A stretch of 64,000 nucleotides of DNA, from positions 371,805 through 435,804 of the IMG/VR virus record IMGVR_UViG_3300028840_001395; one strand, 5' to 3'. The translations under genes and the position numbers were made by a program. The notes below the pieces were generated by a model. That model worked only from the letters and a program-made list of their open reading frames with translations. It was not told where the DNA came from and did not search any database. The number at the start of each line of letters is the position of its first letter. Positions within the stretch are counted from its first letter, which is position 1. Positions 55,540 to 64,000 of this stretch are shown here, in pieces.

Positions 55540-56097
55540 CTAGAGTTCCGGAGGCTCCGGCTTCTTGGTCTTGTCATCCGACTTCTCGGTGGGGATGTCC
55601 ACGACCTTGCCCTCACCCTCTGCGAGCTTCGGAGCCTCGGGCTCCTTGTCGAGATCGGAGGGCTCATCCTCGAAGGACGGCGGCTCGGGGGTCTCCTCCA
55701 TCGGAGGGGGGTCGGTGCCCTTCTCCATGTTGTCCCGGCCCAGGAGGTAGTTGCGGATCTTGATCTTGTCCTGCAGCTCGGCCTGGGTCTCATTGAGCTT
55801 CTGCTGGGCCTTCTGCTTGGTCTCGCCCTTCTCGACCTCCATGTCACGAACCTTGTCCCAGACCCCGGCCTCGGTCAGAATCGCCTTGACCGTGGCATCG
55901 ACCTCCTGGGCGTAGGTCTGCCACTTCTTCATGATGTCCTGGAGCTTGGCCTCCAGGGCACTGATCTCCTTGTTGAGGGCCTCGACATCCTTCTGACGGC
56001 TCATCCGTAGCCTCCTCTGGTTCCTCTTGCGAGCTTCCCGTTGTTCAGCCCGAGTCTTCGTCTTGCGCTTCCTCGGCTGATTTTTCTTTTTCTTCAT
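55540..56097 (-). CDS. Coiled-coil hypothetical protein
   Basis: 185 aa. Basic N-terminus, coiled coil, acidic Pro-rich tail. Confidence 0.65.
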   Translation of the reverse strand: MKKKKNQPRKRKTKTRAEQREARKRNQRRLRMSRQKDVEALNKEISALEAKLQDIMKKWQTYAQEVDATVKAILTEAGVWDKVRDMEVEKGETKQKAQQKLNETQAELQDKIKIRNYLLGRDNMEKGTDPPPMEETPEPPSFEDEPSDLDKEPEAPKLAEGEGKVVDIPTEKSDDKTKKPEPPEL

Positions 56098-56353
56098 CGC
56101 CTACTCTACCCGAGTGCGCGGACTGCTTCGCCACTTTCACCAGACCGTGCATTGTCCGACACGCTGCGTCATACTTCTGTTCGGCGGAGCCGGGGTACAG
56201 GTTCACCACGTCCTTCGCCTTGGGGTTAGTGGCGTTTCCGAAGATGAATACGACTTCCCCGCGACCATTGATTTCCGTCCCAACGAAGGCGACTTCGCGG
56301 GATACCAGGAATCCGGCCATCCGGAAATCCGTCAGCTTGAGGTATTCGGACAT
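56045..56353 (-). CDS. DUF5659-like small protein
   Basis: LTDFRMAGFL...VVFIF. Resembles 56749..56988. Confidence 0.55.
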   Translation of the reverse strand: MSEYLKLTDFRMAGFLVSREVAFVGTEINGRGEVVFIFGNATNPKAKDVVNLYPGSAEQKYDAACRTMHGLVKVAKQSAHSGRVGDEEKEKSAEEAQDEDSG

Positions 56354-56745
56354 CAACCGCCCTTGACGAAGTTCGCCACCAGTCCGCAGCAGCAGGCCCC
56401 TCCGATAGATCCCCCTCCGCCCTGTCCCCTATTGGCGGAGATGGCGACCACTTGCTGTTCGGTGATCATGTTCAGGCTCGTGGTGGGATCCACTCCGCCC
56501 ATCTCACCGTAGATCGAATCACCATCGTTGAAGGTCGTCGGGATCATGTAAGTATAGACGTATCTTCCGGTTTCGGGGGGCACTACAGGCACCATCGGGG
56601 AGGACACCAACGTCTGCTTTCCACCCAGCGGGGTGAACGTGAAGATGTTGATGGTCGGGTTGTTCACGTTGATCGGGGTGTTCGTGTCGTCCACGAACAG
56701 CACCTCGAAGGTGAACGGCTGCCCGATGACTGCCTGCAAGGCCAT
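56353..56745 (-). CDS. Putative virion structural protein (Ig-like)
   Basis: 130 aa, beta-rich. TGRYVYTY motif similar to the adaptor N-terminus (VGEYYASL). Confidence 0.55.
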   Translation of the reverse strand: MALQAVIGQPFTFEVLFVDDTNTPINVNNPTINIFTFTPLGGKQTLVSSPMVPVVPPETGRYVYTYMIPTTFNDGDSIYGEMGGVDPTTSLNMITEQQVVAISANRGQGGGGSIGGACCCGLVANFVKGG

Positions 56746-56748
56746 CGG

Positions 56749-56988
56749 TTACCCCTCCATGTGCGTCAGCGCCTTCATGTTCTTGATCTCGTCGGCGTAG
56801 GTCAGCGCCGGAACCTTGGCCTGGCGGTTGAAGTACTGGTTCTTCAGGTCACGGAGGCCCTCGACCTTCTTGAAGACGAAGTGGACACGCTGGCCCTCTC
56901 GCTGTGTCTCCAAGAACGGAACCTGGGCGACCCGAAGGTAGGCTGCGAAGTAAAGGTCTGAAGTTCGGTAGGTCTCTTCGTCGGCCAT
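56749..56988 (-). CDS. DUF5659-like small protein
   Basis: YRTSDLYFAAYL...VHFVF...YF....V.AL.Y..EIKNMK. Confidence 0.7.
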   Translation of the reverse strand: MADEETYRTSDLYFAAYLRVAQVPFLETQREGQRVHFVFKKVEGLRDLKNQYFNRQAKVPALTYADEIKNMKALTHMEG

Positions 56989-57046
56989 CTCATCTCCTCC
57001 ATCTACATCAATCCACCCGCAAAGGGGGTTCTTCTACTACACTCGC

Positions 57047-57061
57047 ATTATAGGAGAGTTA
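57047..57061 (-). promoter_or_regulatory. Putative late promoter motif TAA-N5-CTATAAT
   Basis: Copy of the motif upstream of 56988. Confidence 0.55.
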
Positions 57062-57067
57062 TGGAGG

Positions 57068-57103
57068 CCGAAGCCCCTCGGCCCAGAGGACCGAGGGGCT
57101 CGG
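57068..57103. terminator. Hairpin downstream of the paralog pair
   Basis: AGCCCCTCGG-N9-CCGAGGGGCT. Confidence 0.55.
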
Positions 57104-57144
57104 TATCGGAAGGAGGGGGTCGGGGGTTACCCCCAGGGAGCACG

Positions 57145-57909
57145 TCAGGTGATGACGGTACCGACCGCGTCGTAGACCACGACCGCCGCTCCGGCCCCCG
57201 TCGTCGGGATGGCGGTGCCGTCCACGAAGAGAGCCGTGCCACCCGCCCCGTAGGTCAGGAGCGGGTCGAGGAACGTGTAGGTCGCCGCCGCCAGCTTCGA
57301 CAGGACGCCCTGGCTCCGCGAGATGTGCAGGGCTCCCGTCCTCTCGTACTCGCGGAGGTTGCGACCGCTCGCCCCGGTGGTCACGAAGGAGCCCTTGGCG
57401 GTGTGCGGAGCAGCGAAGGCACCGGCACCGTCATCGATCTGGGAGTTGGCCGGGAGCACGTAGGCGTAGCCCTGGAGCAGCTTGAGGACATCCGCCAGGG
57501 TGCCTGTCGAGTTGCCCACGCCGATGCCCGAGGCCGCAGCGCCCGCCGCCACGATGGCCGCGTTGACGTTGGCGACGGACATCGACTGGCCCGCCACGAC
57601 CCGCGCCAGCAGGAGCGGCCCGATGGCGTTGGCGATGGCCGGGGTCAGCGGGATGTTGCCGCCGCCGACGTTCTCGATGTTGTCCATCATCCATGCCGCG
57701 ATGCCCGAGTAGGCCGCGTTGGTGGTGATCGGACCCGCGCCCGTGGTGGCCACGGTGTCGTTCTGCGGGGTCATCGACATGTAGCCGGTCTGACCGAGAC
57801 CGGGCTCGTAGATGGCCGACTTCTGGGAAGTGTTCGGCCAGAGGTCGGTCACCTGGAGGCCGTTGTCCGCCAGATCGGCGCGTGCGAGGCAGATGAAAGC
57901 GGTTGCCAT
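57145..57909 (-). CDS. Putative head decoration/structural protein, paralog 2
   Basis: FICLARADL...STGTLADVLKLLQG..Y.LPA...VVVYDAVGTV. Highly biased codons. Confidence 0.6.
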   Translation of the reverse strand: MATAFICLARADLADNGLQVTDLWPNTSQKSAIYEPGLGQTGYMSMTPQNDTVATTGAGPITTNAAYSGIAAWMMDNIENVGGGNIPLTPAIANAIGPLLLARVVAGQSMSVANVNAAIVAAGAAASGIGVGNSTGTLADVLKLLQGYAYVLPANSQIDDGAGAFAAPHTAKGSFVTTGASGRNLREYERTGALHISRSQGVLSKLAAATYTFLDPLLTYGAGGTALFVDGTAIPTTGAGAAVVVYDAVGTVIT

Positions 57910-57930
57910 GATTCTTCTCCTTACCGGCGG

Positions 57931-58740
57931 TTACGCCAGAACCGTTCCGTCGTCGTTGTAGACCGTGACCACGCGGGCGTTCGTCACGGTGGGGTACGTC
58001 AGGCTCCCCTGGTAGTGCCACGGGAAGTGGGGCACGCGGTCACTGTCCGGCCAGAGGGTCACTCCGGAGGCGAAGTCCTTGATGTCACCAGCGCTGATGG
58101 AGAGCATGAGGGAACCGCTCAGCACCGTGTGGCGGATGCCCTTGTACTCGCGGGCCTGGGGGTCGCCGCCGATGTTGACCGGGACCAGCTCGCCCGCGAC
58201 CATCTGGGTGTCGTTGACCAGGACGTTGAAGGTGAAGGCACCGCGCTGGGTCGCGTCCCAGACACCGAGCGGACCCTTGGTCGCCCCGGCAGGAAGTCCG
58301 TAGCCCCGACCCGCGAGGACGGCGAGAAGCTCGGTGAGAACGCCCGTGGAGTTCGAGCCTGCACCGTCGAAGTCCGACAGCGGGAAGGTCGCCTGAATGG
58401 CGGCGTTCACGTCAGCCAGGGTCATCGTCTGGCCCGCATCCAGACGAGTCGTGATGGCGGTGGCCACCGCAGTCTGATGGGCAGCCGTCCACTCCGTCGC
58501 CCCGATGCTGTTCGGGAGAGGCTCCACGCGATCCACCAGGTAGGACTTGAGGCCCCTGGTCGTCTTCGTGGTGACGCCCGCCCCGGTGAAGGGAACCACC
58601 TCATCCTGCACCCGGTTGACGTACCGGGACTGGCCGTAGCCATCGTAGATGAGGTTCCGCTGGGAGTCGTTGGGCTTCAGGTCGAGGATCTGGACTGTTC
58701 CGTCCGGGAGATCCGCTCGTGCGAGACAGATGTAGGGCAT
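57931..58740 (-). CDS. Putative head decoration/structural protein, paralog 1
   Basis: YICLARADL...STGVLTELLAVLAG..Y.LPA...VTVYNDDGTV. Confidence 0.6.
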   Translation of the reverse strand: MPYICLARADLPDGTVQILDLKPNDSQRNLIYDGYGQSRYVNRVQDEVVPFTGAGVTTKTTRGLKSYLVDRVEPLPNSIGATEWTAAHQTAVATAITTRLDAGQTMTLADVNAAIQATFPLSDFDGAGSNSTGVLTELLAVLAGRGYGLPAGATKGPLGVWDATQRGAFTFNVLVNDTQMVAGELVPVNIGGDPQAREYKGIRHTVLSGSLMLSISAGDIKDFASGVTLWPDSDRVPHFPWHYQGSLTYPTVTNARVVTVYNDDGTVLA

Positions 58741-58827
58741 GGTTACCTCTCAGTCTGGCGGGACTTCGCCCGCGTTTTCATCTACAAGGGGGAGACTATA
58801 AAATGAGAGGGAGGCCCGTTATTCTGC

Positions 58828-59622
58828 CTATTCGGCAGAGAGGTCGCTGCTCACATCCACCACGAAGTCACAGGCACCGGCTTCACCAGCCAGAACCAGC
58901 TCGTAAATGGCCGGAGTTCCGAAGGAACTTGTCTCCGTCAAGGGAGGCAAGGGCGACATCGGCATACCCAGACCGAAGGAGAACAGCAGTGTCTGGGCCG
59001 GGTCGATGTTCCGGATGCTCGCCAGATAGGAAGGCCGGGGGAAGGCGATGTGCATCGGGAGCGGGACAGTGACGGTCTCATCGATGTTGGGGGTATGGCC
59101 CGGAGTACAGAGCGTCCCCGCCGGAGCTGTGCCCGTGAGGGTCATCGCCATGCCACCCAATCCGAACTGGATGGCGGGTGGGATGGGCATGATCGGCCCC
59201 TGGATATCCCATCCTGCGTTGGGGCCTGCGGCCACCTGGAGCCAGGCGTTGGTCGTCTTCCGCATCTCCTGCACCCGGACGAAGAGATACTCATCATCCG
59301 AGCCGATGCTGCTGGGCGACCCGAAGTCACGGACATCGAACTGGAAGCTCGTCAGACCTCGACGGCTCTCCTCCACGCGCCACCGCTTGGTGACTTCGAG
59401 GGTCTGAGCGATCTGGCCTGCATCGACTTCCTGAAGGATACTGCCCCCGGCTCCACCGACACCGCTACCTACCAGATTACCGTAGGCGTCGTTGAGAGTC
59501 CGGGCACCCCAGAGACGCAGGCGCTTCATCTCGGGGGTGGATCTGACTGCGAGATCCACGAAGTCCGTGGACCGCTGAATGATGCCTGCCCTGGTTGCGA
59601 ACGGTCCGAAGTTGCCGCTCAT
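58828..59622 (-). CDS. Hypothetical (probably virion) protein
   Basis: 264 aa, SD GAGGTG, beta-rich. Confidence 0.65.
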   Translation of the reverse strand: MSGNFGPFATRAGIIQRSTDFVDLAVRSTPEMKRLRLWGARTLNDAYGNLVGSGVGGAGGSILQEVDAGQIAQTLEVTKRWRVEESRRGLTSFQFDVRDFGSPSSIGSDDEYLFVRVQEMRKTTNAWLQVAAGPNAGWDIQGPIMPIPPAIQFGLGGMAMTLTGTAPAGTLCTPGHTPNIDETVTVPLPMHIAFPRPSYLASIRNIDPAQTLLFSFGLGMPMSPLPPLTETSSFGTPAIYELVLAGEAGACDFVVDVSSDLSAE

Positions 59623-59625
59623 GTA

Positions 59626-60003
59626 TCACCTCGCTGCTTTCTCTTTCCGCACCATCGGCTCATAGGTCGAAGTGTCCTTGCCCTTGCTCTTGGCGAGCTT
59701 CTTGGCCTCGGCCCATGAACCTGTCCGCTCGCCATCCACGTTGGGGGCAAGCGTCACCGGAGGTTGGTCACGCAGGCGCTCGTCCTGTTTGGCCCCAAGC
59801 CGCCGGTTCTTCTCCTTCATCTGACCCCTGACACGGGCTGCCTTGCCCGGCCAGTTGTCGCCTCGGAGCACGAAGCCCGTCTTGGAGATGAGCTTCTTGG
59901 CCTGCTCCCCACACTCACAGGTCTGGGGATCGTTGGACTCGGCCAACCGCAGAACCCGCTCAAAGACTCCGCACTTCGGGCACTCGAATTCGTAGTTCGG
60001 CAT
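59626..60003 (-). CDS. FmdB-like zinc ribbon protein
   Basis: MPNYEFECPKCG...CECG...LIS..GFVLRG..W. Confidence 0.8.
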   Translation of the reverse strand: MPNYEFECPKCGVFERVLRLAESNDPQTCECGEQAKKLISKTGFVLRGDNWPGKAARVRGQMKEKNRRLGAKQDERLRDQPPVTLAPNVDGERTGSWAEAKKLAKSKGKDTSTYEPMVRKEKAAR

Positions 60004-60005
60004 CG

Positions 60006-62930
60006 TCAGACCCTCCTGGTCTTTTCAAGATACCGAGCTGCGACCCGAGAGGCCATCTCACGCTCCTCGAATACGAAGAACACTCTCCCTCTATCCAGAA
60101 TATCGGCCAGATACCGGGAACCCTGCTTTCCACGGCTCCCTGGCAACGCGAACCCCTTGATGCGCTCGAACACCGCGAGGACATGCTTACAGGCCCCGTG
60201 ACGGCCCTTCGGATCCTTGATGTCCGGCTTGGTCGCCGTACCCCTCGGCTTCCCCAGCAGGTAGCCCTTCTTCTTCGCCCAGTGCTCCGGCCCCTGCCAC
60301 TGCCAGAAAGGACACGAGCAGGCCACGAGGACATCCACCTTGTAGGGATCCCGGACGTTGGCCCGGCGCTTCACCACTCGGACGCTGACCTTGTAGGTGC
60401 CCGATGTGCCTCGGACATCGAAGTTCCACTGGGCGTTGCGGGTATCCACCCGGCGGAGCTTGATGGGGATGTTCCGTGCCCTGCGATGGATGTCGGGGCC
60501 ACAGGAGGACATGATCTCGGGGATCTTGACCGCGACCTTGGACGCCTTGTTGTGATGGATGAGCGGCCACCGCTTGTGGTTCATCAGGTCGGTGTTGCGT
60601 TCGGGAATGACCTTGGCGGAGCCGGGGTTGTCATCTACCTCTGTGATGTCATTCATCTTCTCGGCCCGCTCTCGGTCTTCGTGAAGATCCTTCATCAGCG
60701 GGTCGGTGGCTCGGTCGTGCCAGTTGGACTGCCCGGCCTCGGGGGGCTTCTTGACCATGTAGTAATCGGCCACTCGCTTGGCCGCTTCCACGTCCTCGGG
60801 GAGGTTGACGATGCCGTAGATGAGGTCGTCGTCGGTGCGGTCGATCATCTCGTCGTCCAACTCGGATTCAGTCTCATCCTCATGGGGCTCCTGTCCCTCC
60901 GAGGGCATGTCATAGACGTACATGCTGATCAGGTGACCCTCGACAGCAGAAAGCTCACTGGGGGTCATGTCCACCAGCTCTCGCTTGCCGACCAGGCGCT
61001 CACACTCGTCCTTGAACTCCTCCTCAGAGCAGTCGATGCCCTCCAGGTCGGCTGACCCCTCGACACCTTCAGGGGACAGCTCGGCGTAGCCTTCCAGTCC
61101 AAGCTCGGCGTCGATCAGCCGAAACATCGCGTCCGCATCCTCTTCGGTGAGGAAGCCTACGGAGGCGAGAAAGTCCGGCACGTCAATCGACTCAAGCATG
61201 TTCTGACCGGGCGTATCCCGGAAGTAGGTCACCATCCCGGTCATCGGGGAAAGCTCGTGGACGTAGCCCAGATCGAGGTCGTTGCCGATAAGGAAGGTAA
61301 TCTCGGGGGCTGTGAGGACAGCCCCCCGCCGACGCTTGAACCGCTGAGGGTGCTTGCGACGGATCTTCCGCTGTTTCTTGAAGTGAGGCTTGTTCTTGTT
61401 CCGGCGATAGCGCATCTTGGCCCGTCTCTTGGCCTTCTGCCGATTCTTCCGGTAGTACTGCCGGGACTTGATGCGAGACTTGCCCTTCTGGCGACGCTGG
61501 CGCTTCCGAGGCCGGTGACGGATCTGGATGGCCTGCTTCTCCATAGCCTCCCACCCGAACACGGAGTCCAGGTAGGGGATGAGACGCTCAACCCCATGAG
61601 TGACCTCGAACTCATCGAGGAACTGCTCCAGAGGGATCTCGCCCGACCAGTCCACTATCATCAGAGCAACACCGTCTGGGCCAGGCGGGGGGCCAAGCTC
61701 GATGTGAACAATCCCCGTGTCCGGGTTCACCGAGAGCAGGCTGCCCCACTGGCCCGTATCAGGATGGCTGATACCGATGGGCGGATTGAGGAGAAGCTCG
61801 GTGGCCTCCTTCTCCTTGCGCTCCTTCTTCTTGGGCTGACCCTTGTTCTTGATGCGCCAGTCACGGGAACGCTCTGACAGGGACGTGTACCCTCCGGTGG
61901 GCTTGCGCTCGTAACGGTGGGGGTAGTCCCGGCGGCGCTCCTTGTCCTTCTTCCACTGGGCGCGGTTCTTCCACTTCCGCTGCCACTTCTCCACACGTTT
62001 CTGGATGGCGTTCCGGTTGCGCTGATAGTACTTCTCGTAGTACTTCTTCGCCTCGCCCTTCTGATCCCGCTGCTTCTCCGTCCCCGGCGGGAAGGGGCGG
62101 TAGAGACCACCCTCGATAGACCGACGCTTCGGGGTCGTCCTCGCAGGCTGGTTGGCAGGTGGGGACTCGTCTCCGGGGACTCCGGGCGTCCGCACCTTGT
62201 CCTTGTGCAACGTCTTGCCGTCACCACTGGTGCCAGAACCCCCAGGGACATTGTACTCCCACTTGCCCGTGGGCTTCTCGGTCTTCCAGGGTGGCGAGGG
62301 AAGGGCTCGCTCGGGATACTGACCGTCCTCGGTCTCTCCCGGCTGGGTGCCGTCCGGGTTGGTCACGAACGTCCGCCAGCCGGACTTCTCATCGATGGGC
62401 GGCTGGTATCCACTGGTCACAGGACACTGACCCAGACCTGGCCCCTTGGGATCCTTGATGCCCTTCCAGTAGGTCGTGACGATCTTCAACCCATCTCGGC
62501 CATACCGGGTGAACACCACGAACAGACCCACTTTGTCATAGACCCACTCAATAGGCTCCGCTCGGGCGAGCATCTCGGTGTAGTGCTCATACTGCCAGTC
62601 CTGACGGGACTTCCAATCCATGAGGTGCTTCAGGAAGTCCTGAACTGCGCCCCGGACGATGGGCACCTGGATACCCCGCAGATCCATCCGATACTGGGCG
62701 TGAGGCCCGATGATGAGCTTCTTGTAAGGCCCCCTCGGACCCTTCTCGACCTCCAAGTCATAGACCTTGGCGGCCTCGGGATTCGACAGGGGCTTGCCCT
62801 TCTCCACTTCGTCGGTCAGGTGGTCTTTCAAACGAGGATTCTGAACCTCCTCGTCAATGCGTTTGACGACATGGCACGGGCCACCTGGGTAACCCAGCGG
62901 GGGTGTCAGGTCTGCCTGACGACGGCCCAC
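60006..62930 (-). CDS. Multidomain protein: DUF4258-like domain, K/R-rich tracts, C-terminal SWIM zinc finger
   Basis: 974 aa. HAQYRMDLRGI...IVTTYW, two very basic helices, and CSCPFW...CKH. Confidence 0.7.
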   Translation of the reverse strand: MGRRQADLTPPLGYPGGPCHVVKRIDEEVQNPRLKDHLTDEVEKGKPLSNPEAAKVYDLEVEKGPRGPYKKLIIGPHAQYRMDLRGIQVPIVRGAVQDFLKHLMDWKSRQDWQYEHYTEMLARAEPIEWVYDKVGLFVVFTRYGRDGLKIVTTYWKGIKDPKGPGLGQCPVTSGYQPPIDEKSGWRTFVTNPDGTQPGETEDGQYPERALPSPPWKTEKPTGKWEYNVPGGSGTSGDGKTLHKDKVRTPGVPGDESPPANQPARTTPKRRSIEGGLYRPFPPGTEKQRDQKGEAKKYYEKYYQRNRNAIQKRVEKWQRKWKNRAQWKKDKERRRDYPHRYERKPTGGYTSLSERSRDWRIKNKGQPKKKERKEKEATELLLNPPIGISHPDTGQWGSLLSVNPDTGIVHIELGPPPGPDGVALMIVDWSGEIPLEQFLDEFEVTHGVERLIPYLDSVFGWEAMEKQAIQIRHRPRKRQRRQKGKSRIKSRQYYRKNRQKAKRRAKMRYRRNKNKPHFKKQRKIRRKHPQRFKRRRGAVLTAPEITFLIGNDLDLGYVHELSPMTGMVTYFRDTPGQNMLESIDVPDFLASVGFLTEEDADAMFRLIDAELGLEGYAELSPEGVEGSADLEGIDCSEEEFKDECERLVGKRELVDMTPSELSAVEGHLISMYVYDMPSEGQEPHEDETESELDDEMIDRTDDDLIYGIVNLPEDVEAAKRVADYYMVKKPPEAGQSNWHDRATDPLMKDLHEDRERAEKMNDITEVDDNPGSAKVIPERNTDLMNHKRWPLIHHNKASKVAVKIPEIMSSCGPDIHRRARNIPIKLRRVDTRNAQWNFDVRGTSGTYKVSVRVVKRRANVRDPYKVDVLVACSCPFWQWQGPEHWAKKKGYLLGKPRGTATKPDIKDPKGRHGACKHVLAVFERIKGFALPGSRGKQGSRYLADILDRGRVFFVFEEREMASRVAARYLEKTRRV

Positions 62931-62932
62931 AG

Positions 62933-63340
62933 CTACTCCTTCAGGTAACGATCAGCGATGCGCTCGGCCATCGAGATTCGGGAACGAGGCTTCCCGAAGG
63001 CAGCCTCGACGGCCTCCTCGACCATCACCTTGTCCGACAAGGGGAGCCGGGAATCGAGGAACTCCTCACCCATCTTGGCCAACGCGAGGAGAGTGCGGTC
63101 GAGATCCTGGTCGAGAGTGTCGAGCAGACGAGGTGCGCCCGTGATGATATCTCCGGCCATCTGATAGAAGTGCTCCTTGTGCTCGGAGCCCTCGATGAGC
63201 TTCAGAGCCCGATCCATCATGTGTCGGAGGCGATGAGCGTCCACTCGGGCTCGGGTACTTCCCTCGGTGATGAGCGCCCAAGCGGCCTGACTGCTGGCTG
63301 TTTTCGGGGGGTTAGGCACTTCAACCTCCGTAGGAGACAC
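62933..63340 (-). CDS. Hypothetical helical protein ending in ERIADRYL
   Basis: 135 aa with GTG start. C-terminal motif shared with 60006..62930. Confidence 0.7.
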   Translation of the reverse strand: MSPTEVEVPNPPKTASSQAAWALITEGSTRARVDAHRLRHMMDRALKLIEGSEHKEHFYQMAGDIITGAPRLLDTLDQDLDRTLLALAKMGEEFLDSRLPLSDKVMVEEAVEAAFGKPRSRISMAERIADRYLKE

Positions 63341-63384
63341 ACGGGCTCCTACAGAGGGATACCTATTGACGAAAAAGCGGGACG

Positions 63385-64000
63385 CTACTCGACCTGCTTG
63401 CCCTCACGGGCCAGCATGGAGCGGATGTGCTTGGCCACGTTGGGGGACTCCTGAGAGAGGATCTGTCGGATCGCCGCCGGGTTGTCGCCGTGCTCGTTGA
63501 CCGCCTTCTGCACCCTGGAGCGCCAGTGGGCCTTCGTATCCCAGTTGATCTGCGGTGTGGGCTCCGGAGCCGGGGTGCTGGCCGCGTCCGGCAAGATGTC
63601 GGTCAGATCGTCGCCCGCCTTCGCTTCGGACACGTCACCCGTGGCCCCGTCCGGGCCAGTGGCCTTGATGTCCTGGCTCCCGGCCTTGGTGATCTTCTCG
63701 GCCTTGGGTGGAGGCTTGTTGTCGAGCTTGCTGACCTCATGGGCCGCAGCAGAGCTGTCCGTGATGAGGGTCTTCTGCTTGGCCGGAGTGCGGATGTTGG
63801 CCACAGGCTCGGCATCCTCGTTCTCCGCCGTGTCCGAGATGACCTCCATCTGCCGACCGACCTTCGTGGTCTGAGGCTCGGTGGCGGGGGCGGGTGGCGG
63901 AGCCGGGGTCTGGTACTCGACCTCGGTGGGGGGCTCCTCACTCACCGTCATCGTGGCCTTCTCCGGCACCGGAGTGGAGGTGGCCTCTTCACCCGGAGCA
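63385..64000 (-). CDS. Hypothetical Pro/Glu/Thr-rich protein (partial, start beyond right edge)
   Basis: Frame remains open to the window end. Folded-looking C-terminal domain WDTKAHWRSRV. Confidence 0.65.
   Translation of the reverse strand, partial: APGEEATSTPVPEKATMTVSEEPPTEVEYQTPAPPPAPATEPQTTKVGRQMEVISDTAENEDAEPVANIRTPAKQKTLITDSSAAAHEVSKLDNKPPPKAEKITKAGSQDIKATGPDGATGDVSEAKAGDDLTDILPDAASTPAPEPTPQINWDTKAHWRSRVQKAVNEHGDNPAAIRQILSQESPNVAKHIRSMLAREGKQVE

Overview
This is a 64 kb segment of a high-GC, large (probably jumbo) myophage genome using the standard genetic code. The minus strand carries a virion morphogenesis region, read right to left: putative internal-head polyproteins, head decoration and fibre proteins, head-tail adaptor and neck proteins, a volactin-like actin, a 1768-aa tail sheath, tail tube, two chaperones, tape measure, two tube-initiator-like paralogs, a baseplate hub with an inserted M15-type peptidase, and a truncated gpV/gp5-like spike. 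Interspersed accessory genes include HNH, GIY-YIG and PD-(D/E)XK endonucleases, a PLD nuclease, dCMP deaminase, MerR plus VIT-vWA, and a LemA-like membrane pair. Two phage-specific promoter motifs are visible: GGCTTAY-N14-GAGTAG (6 copies, + strand) and TAR-N5-CTATM (7 copies, - strand, in front of late genes). The most striking locus is 37.86-42.54 kb. It begins with an array of three end-paired small RNAs sharing CGRGRACT-N9-GTTCAG ... CCT(T)RCYCG with compensatory changes; the first encloses a whole tRNA cloverleaf with a 6-nt anticodon loop. Next come a divergent Ro60/TROVE-like vWA gene, an ARPP-like gene, two tRNA-like genes with 9-nt anticodon loops and an unknown helical protein. Together this is a candidate phage Ro/Y-RNA-like ribonucleoprotein system with tRNA mimics. 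All family assignments come from motif recognition, not database searches.
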